A stretch of 57,887 nucleotides of DNA, counting the filler, from Platydemus manokwari (taxonomy: Eukaryota): the NCBI GenBank assembly GCA_037951405.1. It is 5 parts of 5 records of this genome, joined end to end, with 100 filler letters (N's around TTAATTAATTAA, not from the genome) between each part and the next. Parts side by side here need not be neighbours in the genome. Positions count along the whole stretch, not along the records: positions 27,575 to 37,265 come from JBBMOY011217322.1; positions 37,366 to 47,614 come from JBBMOY011153993.1; 3 more parts are not named here. The stretch is one strand, 5' to 3'. Positions 28,476 to 40,976 of this stretch are shown here, in pieces. Both the position numbers and the translations under genes were made by a program. Below the pieces are notes generated by a model. The model had not been told where the DNA came from. It made no database searches and was given only the letters and a program-made list of their open reading frames with translations. Numbering within the stretch: the stretch's first letter is position 1; every line of letters starts with the position of its first letter.

Positions 28476-30837
28476 CAGCTGTATAAATAGGTATGGCAAT
28501 AGTGATAAATCTTAACTATCAGTCTCATTTTCTGCACCTTATTTAAATTCTTAAAATCATTGACACAAATGATAATGATCTAAGATCCATATTTAATCAA
28601 TAACTAAGGCTGGTTACTACTAATGTTTGTTACTAAATAATACTGATACAACTAAATAAAATGACAACTAAATAAAATAAAAATTACAAGTTAATTTTTA
28701 AGTTACACTACACATCAAACCTTGTAACTGACCTTAACAACTTCTTGGAACAAGTGATGGGTCAATTGACTCCACTCTTCTGAAGAAAAACCAATTACCT
28801 CAGGAATTTGAGACACAGCTCGATAATAAGAAATAGGCGATGTAATATTGATAAGTATTTTATACAAATGTATCTTACTGTATGATCTTCCAGTAAAATA
28901 CTGGACATATATAGGAAGTCCGTCCCCATGCATAACAGTTGTGGTAACGCGTATGTGTGTCTTCAAAATATGTCAAAGTGGTGGAGGGTTGTTGATTTTA
29001 CCGTGGTCCTAGAAGACTTCAGTAGCTCGCATGAAGACGAAGCTACTGGAAAACATACTGAAGTTAGCTAAAGGTTAATATTGTTCAATTGATTTTTACA
29101 ACAAGGATTTTGGATTGTCTCGTTGTAGAAACTGCGAGTTGTACTAAACGTACACAGTAAAACTTCAACAATGATCTGATGAATTAATTAAATTATCATA
29201 GTTACGATAGTGCTTAGTAATAAAATAGAATGTTAATCAAGATTAAAAATGTAATTGCTCGGAACTATTGAACTCCTGATCCAGGCTGCAAAATTGACAC
29301 TGGTTAATTCTTCGATTCGAATTCACCGCTGCTATTGCTTCTTCGGTATTTTATAGTGTGCTTGATGACAAAACAATATGTGTTTATATACAATTTCTTT
29401 GTTGAAACTTTTCTTGTAACGGGACTATTTTTATTATGCGTATAAAAAAGTTTTTATCTGCACTTTTCCGGCACAATGTTCGCCACCACAGTCACCCTGA
29501 CTAGAACTGCGCGATCAGCTTTTCTGACCTACTGCTTTTTAGTTTTGCAGCACACTCAATTCAATCACCACTTAAACACGACTGGCTAATCAGCAACAGA
29601 ATGGGAAATTTCTCCACCTCTATGCCAGTAAATTTCCAACCGAGCAAGTCAGTCATTCAGTTTGTATGACACTAATCCAATCATTGATCAACCACAAAAT
29701 CAAAAGAGCTAAAATTATCAATATTATCTTATTAAACTATCAATAAAGTTCTTGACTGTAATAATAATTACTCGACTTTCATTGCGGTGAATATTTTAAA
29801 AGGGTTTAATTAATTTTTATTATGGTTGAATATTATTGTTTTTAACATAATTTTTGTGTGATAAGTACTAAGGAGCGGTGCGATGTGCAATAGGTATTAT
29901 AAACTTAATAAAAAAAGGTTTGATTTTCATCAATTTTTGAAATAATTCGAAGTTAATAAAAGTCTTATTTTACATTTAAATTGAAAATCAAAGGTGGAAT
30001 GAGGAGTGATACAATTACACTGATATATGTCACAATTCCAAGAAAAAAAGAAAATTTTAATTTATAGAATAAATAATGATAAAAATATAATCACTCCTAA
30101 ATAATTTAGTAAATAATAAAACATAATAAATAAAATTGGCATCTTGCCAACACAACATAATATTTGACATTGAAAATATTTTATTGATAATTTCAGGTAT
30201 TTTCTGAAAAGCACCAAGAAAGGAAAACATTTATTTGTACATCTACAGAATTTGAGATTATTTCCATTTAAAATGGCTAGTATAATTGGCAAAATCACCA
30301 ACAGGAAATACTCAATCATCAGTACAATCAATTTTTTCTATTATCTGATGATTCCAGTCATAAATATAAGAGAAACTGCTAGAAAACCACATCGTAATTT
30401 TTAGAGCTAGTAATCCAAACTTTCCCTAGAAAATTGGAAAAGTAAGGGACAATTAAATATTACTATCAAATAAAAGATTTAATTTAATTCGACTTCTCTT
30501 TGAATTTTTATATCAAAACAAAAGCAATCTAAATGGATATTAATAAAGTATGGATATCAATTTACTGTAACCCATTATTTTTAGTACTTTAGAGGGCTTT
30601 AGCCACACGTATGATCACGTAATACTGGAATTGTATTAAACAGAAAGGTTAATCTCGTAAAAATCATGAATGCACCAATTCCTCGAAATTTATATTTATC
30701 ACTTTCATACAAGTATTAAATTGAACTTTTATTGTTTTCGTTAAATACCAAACAATAACATGAAATATTTATACAAAAATGGATTGTTTTCAACTTAGGT
30801 AACTGGAACAAAATATGTTAAATATTATTGATAGAAG

Positions 30838-31769
30838 TGTTGGGTTTTGGGGTTTATGAGTTAGTATTCCCAACACAACTGAGTTCTTTAAAGTTGATCT
30901 GATTTAAATTCAAATCTACCCTCTCGAGTATCAGTCTATTATTTAATAACTATTTACCACGTAATAACCATTGGTTAAGATAACAACTATTTAATACAAT
31001 TATTCAATAATAAATGAAAAACAAAGACGGTTTGATGAAAATAATCCGCTATTGAAAACTATTACAAATACAAAGATTTTCTATAAATTACAATTAACAA
31101 TTATAGACAATTTATTTATTAATAAACCTGATCAAACAAACAATTTATTTATTTCTCAGACAAACAAGATTTTGACTCTTACAAGTTATGGTTTGGAAGT
31201 GGCCGATTCGAATTTAACGAAACGACCTTATAGATACTGATTTTAAGGGCTATAGATTTTAAAATATATTTAATGTAATTTCTTCAAATGTCTCACCTTC
31301 AAATTTGTTCCGTTTAAACACAATATCCAATATTGCCAATTGTTTTGGAGTTGAAGTTTATCAGCCTTCCAGAGCTTGTGAATTCGTCGTCTTGATACAA
31401 ATATAGTCGTCGGCAGTTTATCTATCTCAAAATTAACCTTTTTACCTCTCAAATTTTGTGTTTCATAGTTCAGATTTTTATAAGCGAAGATTTATAATTT
31501 TTGGTGCCTATTTATACTATTTTAGAAGTGGTAAATTCGCTTTAGAAATTTTAAATATTTTTATTTTTCCACTTCGAAATTAAAATTATTTTATTTTTCC
31601 AAAAATTTAATTCCAACTATTTTAATAATTTTATTTAATAAATTCCATTATTTTTACACTTTTAGACATTTATAGATATTCCATCGAATTGATTTTGGAA
31701 TTTCCATATATATTTTTACAGTTATTTCTATTAAAATGTTCCATTATTTTAAACTTGTAATTGTTAACA
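30838..31769 (-). mobile_element. Probable solo LTR or LTR fragment
   Basis: On the minus strand it ends ...AAACCCAACA and contains TATAAATAGG (~31507-31516) with an AT-rich U3-like upstream part. No target-site duplication found; the upper boundary is uncertain. Confidence 0.35.
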
Positions 31770-32779
31770 AAATCAAATACGATTTACATTTATATTCAAG
31801 CAAGGATTTGAGAATTGCAGTAATACAAGGCAAAGATTATAGACAAATCAAATCACAAAATATTACAGACAATGACTTAAAATGTACGTTTTTGCGAATA
31901 CCCGAGGTCATATTCCTCGTCCATGTAAAAAAAAAGAAAAAAAACTAAAGATTTATTTAGCATAAAATTGGTCTTCACGAGGTGGTGGGAAATCTACCCA
32001 CCTCGACTATAATAAACTTTTATATGTCTTCTAAAGTGGTATCTTCCTTAATTGAGCTTGCAGTGGTGCCAGCTCTGACTTCCGGGAGCATCAAATCTTT
32101 GAGCTTCCCCAATAGTTTTCTTTTTATTTTTGCGTTTTGAATTGAGATTGCTGAGATAGATTCCAAGAGCAATGAGTTCAGTCAGAGTAGTTTAGTGCTA
32201 AGAAATATGGAATGTGAAGATGGACGATTAATTTTCCTGTTTTATAGCTTGGTAGTGTTAGCAGTAGGCATGGTTGTAACGAAGAGTTAGTTGGTTGATT
32301 GGAGTATTGCTTGTTAGCTTGAAACAGGTCATCAGATATGTATAGGATAATTGGATGGTTGAAATTTTTGGGAGGCGCATTCACTGGGCTAGGAGTAAGT
32401 TGTCGTAGCATTCGAGGAGCTGGGTATGAGATCCTATTTAGGCAGACAAAGTGAGTATACATAGATTATTAATAAGTCTCTTCAAAAGGTGATGAATGGT
32501 AACTAGATGAAAATATTATATTTGGATGATAATTTTAACATTTTAGATTTAATGAAACTGATAAGCAGTGTGATAAGCAGTGTGAACATTTTAAAACTAT
32601 GAACATTAAAAGGTCTGTTAATTATTATGAAAAGTTCTAAGATGTGAATTAATTTAATAGGAATTTGATATCAAAGATGATGAAAATTGATAAGCATTTA
32701 AATTGGGTAGAATAAGAAGTGATCAGTATTAATCTATTAATGTGTAAGGGTTTGTGATAGTTTTGGTCTGTCTTTACTT

Positions 32780-33300
32780 GTGTGGGCAGTATATGTGGCG
32801 TAAGCATCTCTTAATAGTCCTGTGATTATTGGTGAAGACAGAAAATTAGTTCTTGTGTGTCGAGTCCTATTAACTTTAAAATTTTATCATTATGCGGGTC
32901 CCACAATCATAACACTCCTATGTTAAGGACATCTAATGTAGTTTGGTTCCTATTAGTGGTAGTTATTTGTTTTGTTATATATTTGTATTTGTCTTAGTTC
33001 AGTGATCTATGTAGGTCAAAGTTAGTGTCCATATCATATAGTATTCTGAGATCTATAATATACGTGTGTGTTTTTGCATTATTACATATAATCAGGTCAG
33101 GTCTAAGCTTTGTGTTGATCTCAGCTGGTGTTGAATCTATACCAGTGTCTATCCCAAGGGACTAAAAGTATTTTCCTATGATTTTAAGTATCATGGCGTG
33201 TCGTTTACTGCTTTTCCGGGTATGGCAGGTAATGTATGAAACCATGTGCAGCGGTTTCAAGTTCAGTGTTACATCTTCTACAGAGCAAGGACTTATGAAA
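32780..33300 (-). pseudogene. CCHC knuckle + restriction-like (PD-(D/E)xK) endonuclease (disrupted)
   Basis: CRRC..ETAAH (~33285-33240), KRH, LRPDLII (~33110-33090), IGVL*LWDPHNDKILKLIG (~32925-32865). Confidence 0.88.
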
Positions 33301-33592
33301 CTTAATGAAGTATGGGGAGTAATTAAGGAGGAGGAGGTTGTTCCGGGCCCAGTGGGTGAAAATCCAGACTTCAGAAGAAAGATCATAATTATTGAGGGGT
33401 TTTGGGAAACATGGTGAAGCAGAAAACAGTAAACTAGACGACCTTGTTTTTTGAAGGTCTTCCACTAATTATAATGGAACATTTGGAGAGCGTCATGGAG
33501 TATATCTGAAAGTTTGTTCCTGTTTTCGACTGAAAATAAATATCTGAGGTCGTTTCCAGTGGTCATTCGGATGCGGGTTTTGGATTCATGAT

Positions 33593-35100
33593 TCAAGAAT
33601 TCAATGTTGATGTTGTATTTTTGTAATTTTCTGACCACCAAGTTGAAAAGGAATGTTTAGATGAGGGGATATTGTCGCTTAGCCATGAGAGTGCAGTGTG
33701 TATGATGTTTGGGTGAGAGGGGTCGAGTCTTTTACCAACAATGTATAGCAAGTGTGATACAATAAATTCACGGAATGTGGGATCAAAGCTGATCAGATAT
33801 CGAAAAGAACAAACTATGGATTGTATGCAATATTCAAGTAGGGATGGTGTGAGTCCTAAGCCACCGAGTTTGCGTGATGAATAAAAGAAGGGAATGTTTG
33901 ATGATTTAGAGCCATTCATTTTACGTGTATCTCGGGCAATGTATCTAATTCGTTTGTCGAAGGCTTGAGATTTCGAATTGTCTCCGTCTTGTATTAGGGT
34001 ACAGGAGTCAAGTCGCGTTGTTTCAACTTGTTGAATTCTGAAATGGAATGGGAGTCTTGAGTGCAGAAAGGTATTACAGGCTTGGAATTTTTGAGATGGA
34101 TGTAATCGAGATTTGGCAATGTTTTCAAAGTCAGAGAGTTTACCACCAGGGATAATTGAAATGGGGACACATTTGGGTAGGACAAAGGGGACTACTAAGT
34201 ATTTGTACAAGTTTTCATCGTCAGTAATAGGGATTGGATCATTCTCAAGAGTAAGGTCTATCCGATTTTTTGCGTTGTTTATGACGTAGCCGCATTTTTG
34301 AGTATTCAGTTTGAAGAAAATGGAGGATGCTTGGTGGTAAATGTGGTTGAGTCTATGTTAGAGATTTTCACAGGAGTTGGCAATAATAACTATGTCCTAA
34401 GCGTAGGCAAAGGTTGAAAATGGATTGGAATGAACAGTAAGTGGGTCTTCTATTGTAGCTGAACTGGTGAGTAAGAAATCAATGGAAAGGCAAAAAAGGG
34501 TTATGGAGAGTGCGCAGCCTTGTTTGACTCCGCGGTGAATTTGGATAGAGGGGGTAATTAAGCGGTGACATATGTAAACTGTGGTCGATTCCCTATAAAG
34601 TGATTGAATCATTTGTATGTAATGGGAATTGCAACCCATTTTCTTGAGAGTGAACCAAATAAGTTCATGGAACAGATTTGGGGAAGGCTTCACTAAAGTC
34701 GATCCAGCATATGTGGATATCTGAACTGTTGTGCAATGTGAATTCTGACAGTGAAAATAGGTGCGCGTTGTGCTCTGCGCAACCATCAGAGGCCAGGATT
34801 GCTTTTTGGTTATCGGAGAGAAATTTACAGGCAATAAACCATTTCAAAAGCTTATTGTTTAGAATGGTGGCAAAAAGTCTATATGCTGTGTCTGTGAGAG
34901 CTATGGGGCGCAAGGAGGATACTATGCGAGACGTTTTGTTTTTCATGACTAAAGATGTTTTGCACGAGGACCATTGATCGGGAATCTTCTTTGATGATAA
35001 AACCTTCTTGAATAGGGTTAGTAAGTAGATGTATTGGGGGTCTATCATGGCCCAGTCTTTATAAGTGATACTGTCACTGCCAGGGGCGGAGTTGAGAGAC
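33593..35100 (-). pseudogene. Reverse transcriptase domain of the RLE element (disrupted)
   Basis: ORF-track pieces 34665-35048, 34397-34834 and 33593-34210 carry successive RT motifs. YADD is read as YA*D at ~34400. Confidence 0.92.
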
Positions 35101-37174
35101 CTTTGAAGGCAATGCGTAGTTCTTCCACTGTAATAGGTTGGAGATTTGAATTATCGTAAAGGCGCGGGAGAATTGGGTTGAAATCTTCCGAGATTGACGG
35201 TGGTGATGGAATTTTGAAATGGGAAATTATATTTTCAATGGAAAGGAGTTATGTGGGACACAGGATGGGAGAATCTGTCGGAGAGTTTTCTTGGGTTGAA
35301 TAGAGTAGTTTCGGCGGAGTTTAAAGTCAGGTGCCTCTGGGCTAGTGAGGTACAAAACGGATGGTTTGATCGGCTTTTTTATTGTGGGTCTAATGTAGTG
35401 AGTGCCGTGCGTGCCATTGTGAGTATGTCAGTGAGGTTTGGATTATCAAGTTCAAAGAGTTTTAGGGCATCGTGGAGTATGGAGTGTATCATTTGAGAAG
35501 ACACGATATTAACATTTTTGGATTTCCTAATTTTAAGAATATTGGATATTGTGTTATTTATCTCAATGGGTACGCCCGGTTGGGATGGAGAATGGAATAT
35601 TGTGAATTGAGAGGCATAATCCAATATATGCTGGATGACGAACAGACCACAATCTGTGTTTTTCAGTTGCTTTGGGAGGTTAGGGATAAGTTGCTGGGTT
35701 ATGGTGATAGTCGATCTTATAGCGTTCAGATTTTCGAACAGCTCATCTAATATGTTCCAGAAGGTTTTCTGAGCGTAGCTAATCTAGAAGGGTGAACAAG
35801 ATTATAGTTAAAATTATTATTTTGATAAGAATTTATAGGCTTATGTTGCCGTTGAGGTCGATTTTGAGTTTGATTTGGATTGTTGTGATATTGAGTGAGT
35901 GATGCAGAGTCAGAGTAGTTATGGAGTGATTCGAATCTGTTGAGTGAGTGAAATCTGTTGACCTGGTTAAGAGCATAGGCTACCTGAATGTTTTGTGATG
36001 GGTTCGGATGTTGTGGGCGTGAATAACCGTTTGCTGTTATTGGGGCAGTCGGAGTGGGGAGTAGCGTGCGTCTGATTGTAGTTTTCGGGATTGTTTGGTA
36101 ACCAGCAATGTGGGGGGCATTGCGATTTGTGACTTGAGAGTTCGGAGGAGCGGTATCCCTGGTTTTAGCAGAATAAGACTTGAAAATATTTTCATTTACG
36201 GATCTAAATGATGAAGGATTAGTGTGAAAATCATTAATGAGAAAGTTGTTAACATGGAGATATGGGGTGGTTCGACCGGTAAAGAAGCCAGTGAGAGGTG
36301 ATATGATAGGCCTTGAAAGAGAATTCGTGTTATGAACATGATTTAATTTACGGTCACGGGATTGGCTTCTCGGCCTAGATTTCATTCCCGGGAGTCTAGA
36401 GAAATATTGATTATCATAATTATTTTCAATGAAGATGGTATATGGCCGTGTAGAGTAAAATCCGCGTGGTTGAGGACGAGTGTTCTCCATTGTTTGACGA
36501 AACGGGTTCTCGTATTGATTTCCATTTGGATTCGGCCGAGGAAGGCAAATATATCTGCATTTTAACCAGAAAATGAAAAATTTCTGTCATCAACACGCTG
36601 ATGTAATCTATTGATTACATCATCTTCTACATGATGAAGACCAACATAAGTATTAGCTCTATCAGATATATCACGGAGTGTATTTCACATGGCTTTTAAT
36701 AAAAGTGCGCAGCTCCCACCATCGTGACGTTTCTATTATCGAGTCTTCTGAAATCATCGGCTCTATTTTGATTATTTCTTTTGGCTCGCTCCGGCCGATT
36801 TCTCGGGCTTATCTCCACGATTAACCACTCCTTCCCAGTTTCATTCTGCGTCGATCTCTATTTTCTCGTTGTTTGAGGTATTTGAGGCATTTGTGGTTAT
36901 GTCATTTTAAGTATTTTGGGCATTTCCCAACACTTGTTATAATCAGTATTATCATTATTTCAGTCACTATTATAATTATAAATAAAGCTGTAAAAACCAA
37001 ACTATTTAACTAAAATCTGTAAAGAAAAAATATTCGATATCTTTATAATTTTAAAATATGAAAGGGCTTTTAGACATTTAAAACGCAAAACATATTTAAT
37101 ATGCCTGGATTGTCTTAAAAAGATTGATACCACCAATAATAATCAATACGATTAATAAAATCTCTTATTGAACT

Positions 37175-37176
<2 letters not shown>

Positions 37177-37227
<51 letters not shown>

Positions 37228-37265
37228 GTTATTATTATTATTTTTATTATTATTATCATTATTAT
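37177..37265. repeat. (ATT)n microsatellite running into a gap
   Basis: Direct reading. Confidence 0.95.
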
Positions 37266-37365
37266 NNNNNNNNNNNNNNNNNNNNNNNNNNNNNNNNNNN
37301 NNNNNNNNNTTAATTAATTAANNNNNNNNNNNNNNNNNNNNNNNNNNNNNNNNNNNNNNNNNNNN
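37266..37365. other. Assembly gap with TTAATTAATTAA spacer
   Basis: Direct reading. Confidence 0.97.
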
Positions 37366-39197
37366 AGATGAGAGATATTGAAATTTCTTTTCCAAAAAGG
37401 CTAATTAATATATTTTACTTAATTTTTTTCTTAATTTTTTCCAAATGAACTCAAAAATTAAATCAAATTTCATTGATTTATTGTTTTGTAATTCATAATT
37501 ATATTAATTATTGATTGATTGATATGGATTATAATATTTTAGTATACCAAAAATAAAAATATACTTATTCATATGATGTTATCATGACAATAGAATTAAT
37601 CAGAGACAAATCGATAAACTGATCACATTGTTCTGCTATTAATCCATCAGTAATTCAATTCATAACAAGTCATTTTTATTTTAATACAAAGATAATTATT
37701 TGATGTTTGATTGATTCCATGAATATTCTCAAACAATGAGATTGACAAATGATTGTGCTTCTGGTGACAGCACAAATTGTCATTGATTTTTATCCTGTAA
37801 AATAATAGAATATTTATTCTAGCAATGAATGCGCAATCAATGATTGATTATATCTATTCTGTAATTCACCATTTATCATCACTAATCACCATCATCACCA
37901 CCACTGCCACCGTAATCATCAGTAGTTGAACATAGATGCGCGTGCTTCTGCATGTGTGTGTGTGCTTTATTTCTTTGGTTCATAATTAATACATTTATAC
38001 ATACCAATCGATATTATTAATGTGCCATTGACAAATGCGTCTTTCTCAATGATCTGCATGCCATGATTTTCTATTTTCTTTGTTTATTTCATACATCAGA
38101 TGGTTAGATCTCATCGATTTACATCCAATGAGATGACATTTGATGATGAGATGTGATCTTGACAAACTCGATCTGACATCATAATATATTTTACCAAAGC
38201 ATGTTTATCTATGTCACGTGATATTTGGTGTTCCGTAATAAAGATGATTGTGACTATCAGGTCTCTTTTACTCCAAATTTCTCACAACAATAAATATAGC
38301 ACCATCACATCATTCATTCAAGTCATTTCACAGTTACCATAGGAACAATGTATAATCTGATCCATTTCAATAATATTTACGAGTATTGATGAACATTTAT
38401 CACAGGGATGATATCAAGCTTGTCGCAATATCATCGGTTTATCATTCTTGTTTATATATAAAGCCAAATATAGGCATATGATAACTCGTCTCTGTTGTAT
38501 TAAATTCATATTTATGAGATTTGAGAAGGAATAATTCAGAAGATTTGTTAATTAATTGGCTTCGTTTAATAATCGGAAAGCCAGGAATAAATTTTCTCCT
38601 CTTTGTGAAATCATTTTGAACGATTACTACAGGGTCGAAATATAAATATCGAAATATAACAGATCCGTTTCACAATTTACAGAGACTAATCGAGATAATT
38701 AGAGAGAATCAACCTGTTAAGACTATCTCTATAGTTAAGATCTCACGTAAGCCATTAGGTTGTTTGCGGCGTACTTTAGCACCGCGAATAAATCAATAAA
38801 CGAATCTATATTTATAAATATAATCTCGAATATTTAGAAAAATAAACCATGAAATATTATAACTGATTTTGAAAAATAAATATTTCCAAATTGGATCAAT
38901 ATCTGTGTAAATATTTGATAAAAATATTTATGTTATTTTTCCATATAAGTATTCTTGAAGGGATGCCTGGGATTTTGTGAATATTTTGATCATATCACAT
39001 TAGATGAAGTCTTTCTCATAGACATTCTTATTAGATCCATAAATATAAATCAATAATTTTTTTAGTATTTAATCATGGAGAAACATTTCATTAATCGATA
39101 ACAGATCCAGAATTGTTGAAATGTTGAAACAAATATTTTTGTTACTTTTTATTGATTGTTATTGGATTTGATTGATTTCAATTTTTATTGCTTACAG

Positions 39198-39408
39198 TAC
39201 ACACTGATGGGCTCTGTTGTCGCCTTTCCGAACCTTTCCCCAGACAACATAAACCTCCTTTCCAATTTAGAGAAATAGAGGTCAACAGGAATTGCATTAG
39301 TTTATTGAAAAAATTAGGCAGTGGCAGTTTCGGTGAAGTATGGCTGGGAAAATGGAATGACATCATCGAGGTTGCCGTCAAAATGATGCGACCAAATTGT
39401 ATGGACAG
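39198..39408 (+). CDS. Internal exon of a Src/Fyn-family non-receptor tyrosine kinase (SH2 end, linker, kinase subdomains I-II)
   Basis: Splice sites cttacag| and |gtaatt. Translation HTDGLCCRLSEPFPRQHKPPFQFREIEVNRNCISLLKKLGSGSFGEVWLGKWNDIIEVAVKMMRPNCMDR has the SH2 DGLCxxL motif, GxGxFGEVW and VAVK. Confidence 0.93.
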
Positions 39409-40976
39409 GTAATTATTGATTTTGGAAATATTGTAGAAATATTTAATTTGAATTTGATTCGTCAATTGTCGATTATCGATTGAAAAATGTATCTGACGAT
39501 ATGAATAATCTATCGATAATCAATATGTACATGCATATAGATATACACCACCATTGAAAATCCATAAAACCAACGGTTTAAATTTAATTGAGGATGAAAT
39601 TACATATAAACGAATACGATTGTCGGTCTGATAATGTGGTGTCGAAATGAGTTTGATATAAATAATCCAATATGGTTAACAGTCAATGTACACAACATTG
39701 AAATGTGCGCGCCTGTATAATCCAGATTTTCATGAGTTTCGCATTCAAAACAAAATATATGCTTAAAATCTGAATTTATTAAATTTTTATCATGTTATGA
39801 ATAAACTGTGGATCAATACAGCTACACCTACATCAATCGACATCTGTGTAATCCGATATGGGAAAAATTCATCATTCTGTAAGAGGGCGGCTGGTGAGAT
39901 AATATAATGAAAGTGTTTTGAAAGTTATTTAACAATGATCACGGTTTGTCAGTGATTTATGGGGTTTGTTGTTGAAAATTCAGGGGAATTTATTGATTAT
40001 AGCTCGAAATGGTGACAACAATTGTCATGGTGATAGCATCGGGAAATATTGTTTATTTTGATGTGATTTTTCAACGAAACAAATGATTGGTCCAACTCAA
40101 ATATAACAATCAACAATTGAACACACATTTGATTATATATCGGCAAAGCGTTTAAACTCCCAATGTAACCATAGAAACTTTTTTACAAATATCCAAACCT
40201 TTCTCAAATCATTTTGATAATATTCCCCCTTTGTGCACCTTGGATAAATATCTATATAATTTTGCCTGTTAAAAAATCGTTACAAAATATATTTCGTTAC
40301 ATTTAGTCGTTGGAGAAATTTGTGAATAAATTAGATTGTTAACATAAGCTCGGAATTTGTTTTCCTATTTTGAAATGGCTTATATAAATACTCTAATTCC
40401 TCTTTTAATTTTTATTCTCTCTATCGCTAACAATTCGTGATAACTTCATGAATTGAGATAAGTATTTATAAATCTTTGAAATGTTTTGTTTAAATCAGCT
40501 CCAAAAGCGGTAGTTGAAATTTTCACTACATACTGTCTCATTCCGATATCATTACATATATATATGATTGGATATATTTTATCATTTATTTCTACTCATC
40601 ATTGGTGCAGCAAAACGAGCCAAACTTAAACTTATTTAAGGTATTCGTATCATAGATAAGAAGTTTCATCTGAGAAGTGAATCTTGGTTATAATATTCAT
40701 AAAACTATCACTAGATAGATTTAATTGCGACAGGTAAAACAATTATTTTAATAATATATTTATAAAAAAGGTTCGAATTCGTTTAAAATCACCTTAATCA
40801 ATAACTATAGGTTATTAATAACTGATCGCTTTAAATATCACTTGAGCGAATGAGGTTAAATAGACCAGTGACACCATTATAATTATAGATCAATCTCAGA
40901 TGTCTCATTTGTTCTATCAAGATTTTTATTTGTTTTTATCATTTTTTTATTAATTTTCATTGATCTTTCAGGAATG

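Larger units (their letters stand above)
31770..36930 (-). mobile_element. Non-LTR retrotransposon with restriction-like endonuclease (NeSL/Utopia/planarian LIN-like), decayed
   Basis: Minus-strand order: low-complexity N-terminus; Ulp1-like PKQLKNTDCGLF; RT (SAPGSDSITYKDW, RPIALTDTAYRLF, DGCAEHN, WIDFSEAF, GVKQGCALS, YA*D, YKYLVVP, GGLGL); knuckle CRRCNTELETAAH; RLE LRPDLII...YIIDL...KY...WDPHND. Ends are approximate. Confidence 0.92.

Noticed and set aside
31927-31944. Poly(A) tail of the non-LTR element
   Set aside because: The A-run is on the + strand, while the element is on the - strand.
33178-35750. Plus-strand ORFs 33178-33417, 34678-34977, 35251-35496 and 35472-35750 as genes
   Set aside because: They are antisense shadows of the minus-strand retrotransposon ORF.
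36365-36376. GCTTCTCGGCCT matching the 5' end of U2 snRNA (Utopia target)
   Set aside because: Only 12 nt, internal to the element, antisense to the SRPRSQ codons, and no further U2 sequence follows.
36500-37066. Self-cleaving (HDV or hammerhead) ribozyme at the retroelement 5' end
   Set aside because: No core motifs or GC-rich nested stems were seen by eye. A covariance-model search would be needed to exclude it fully.
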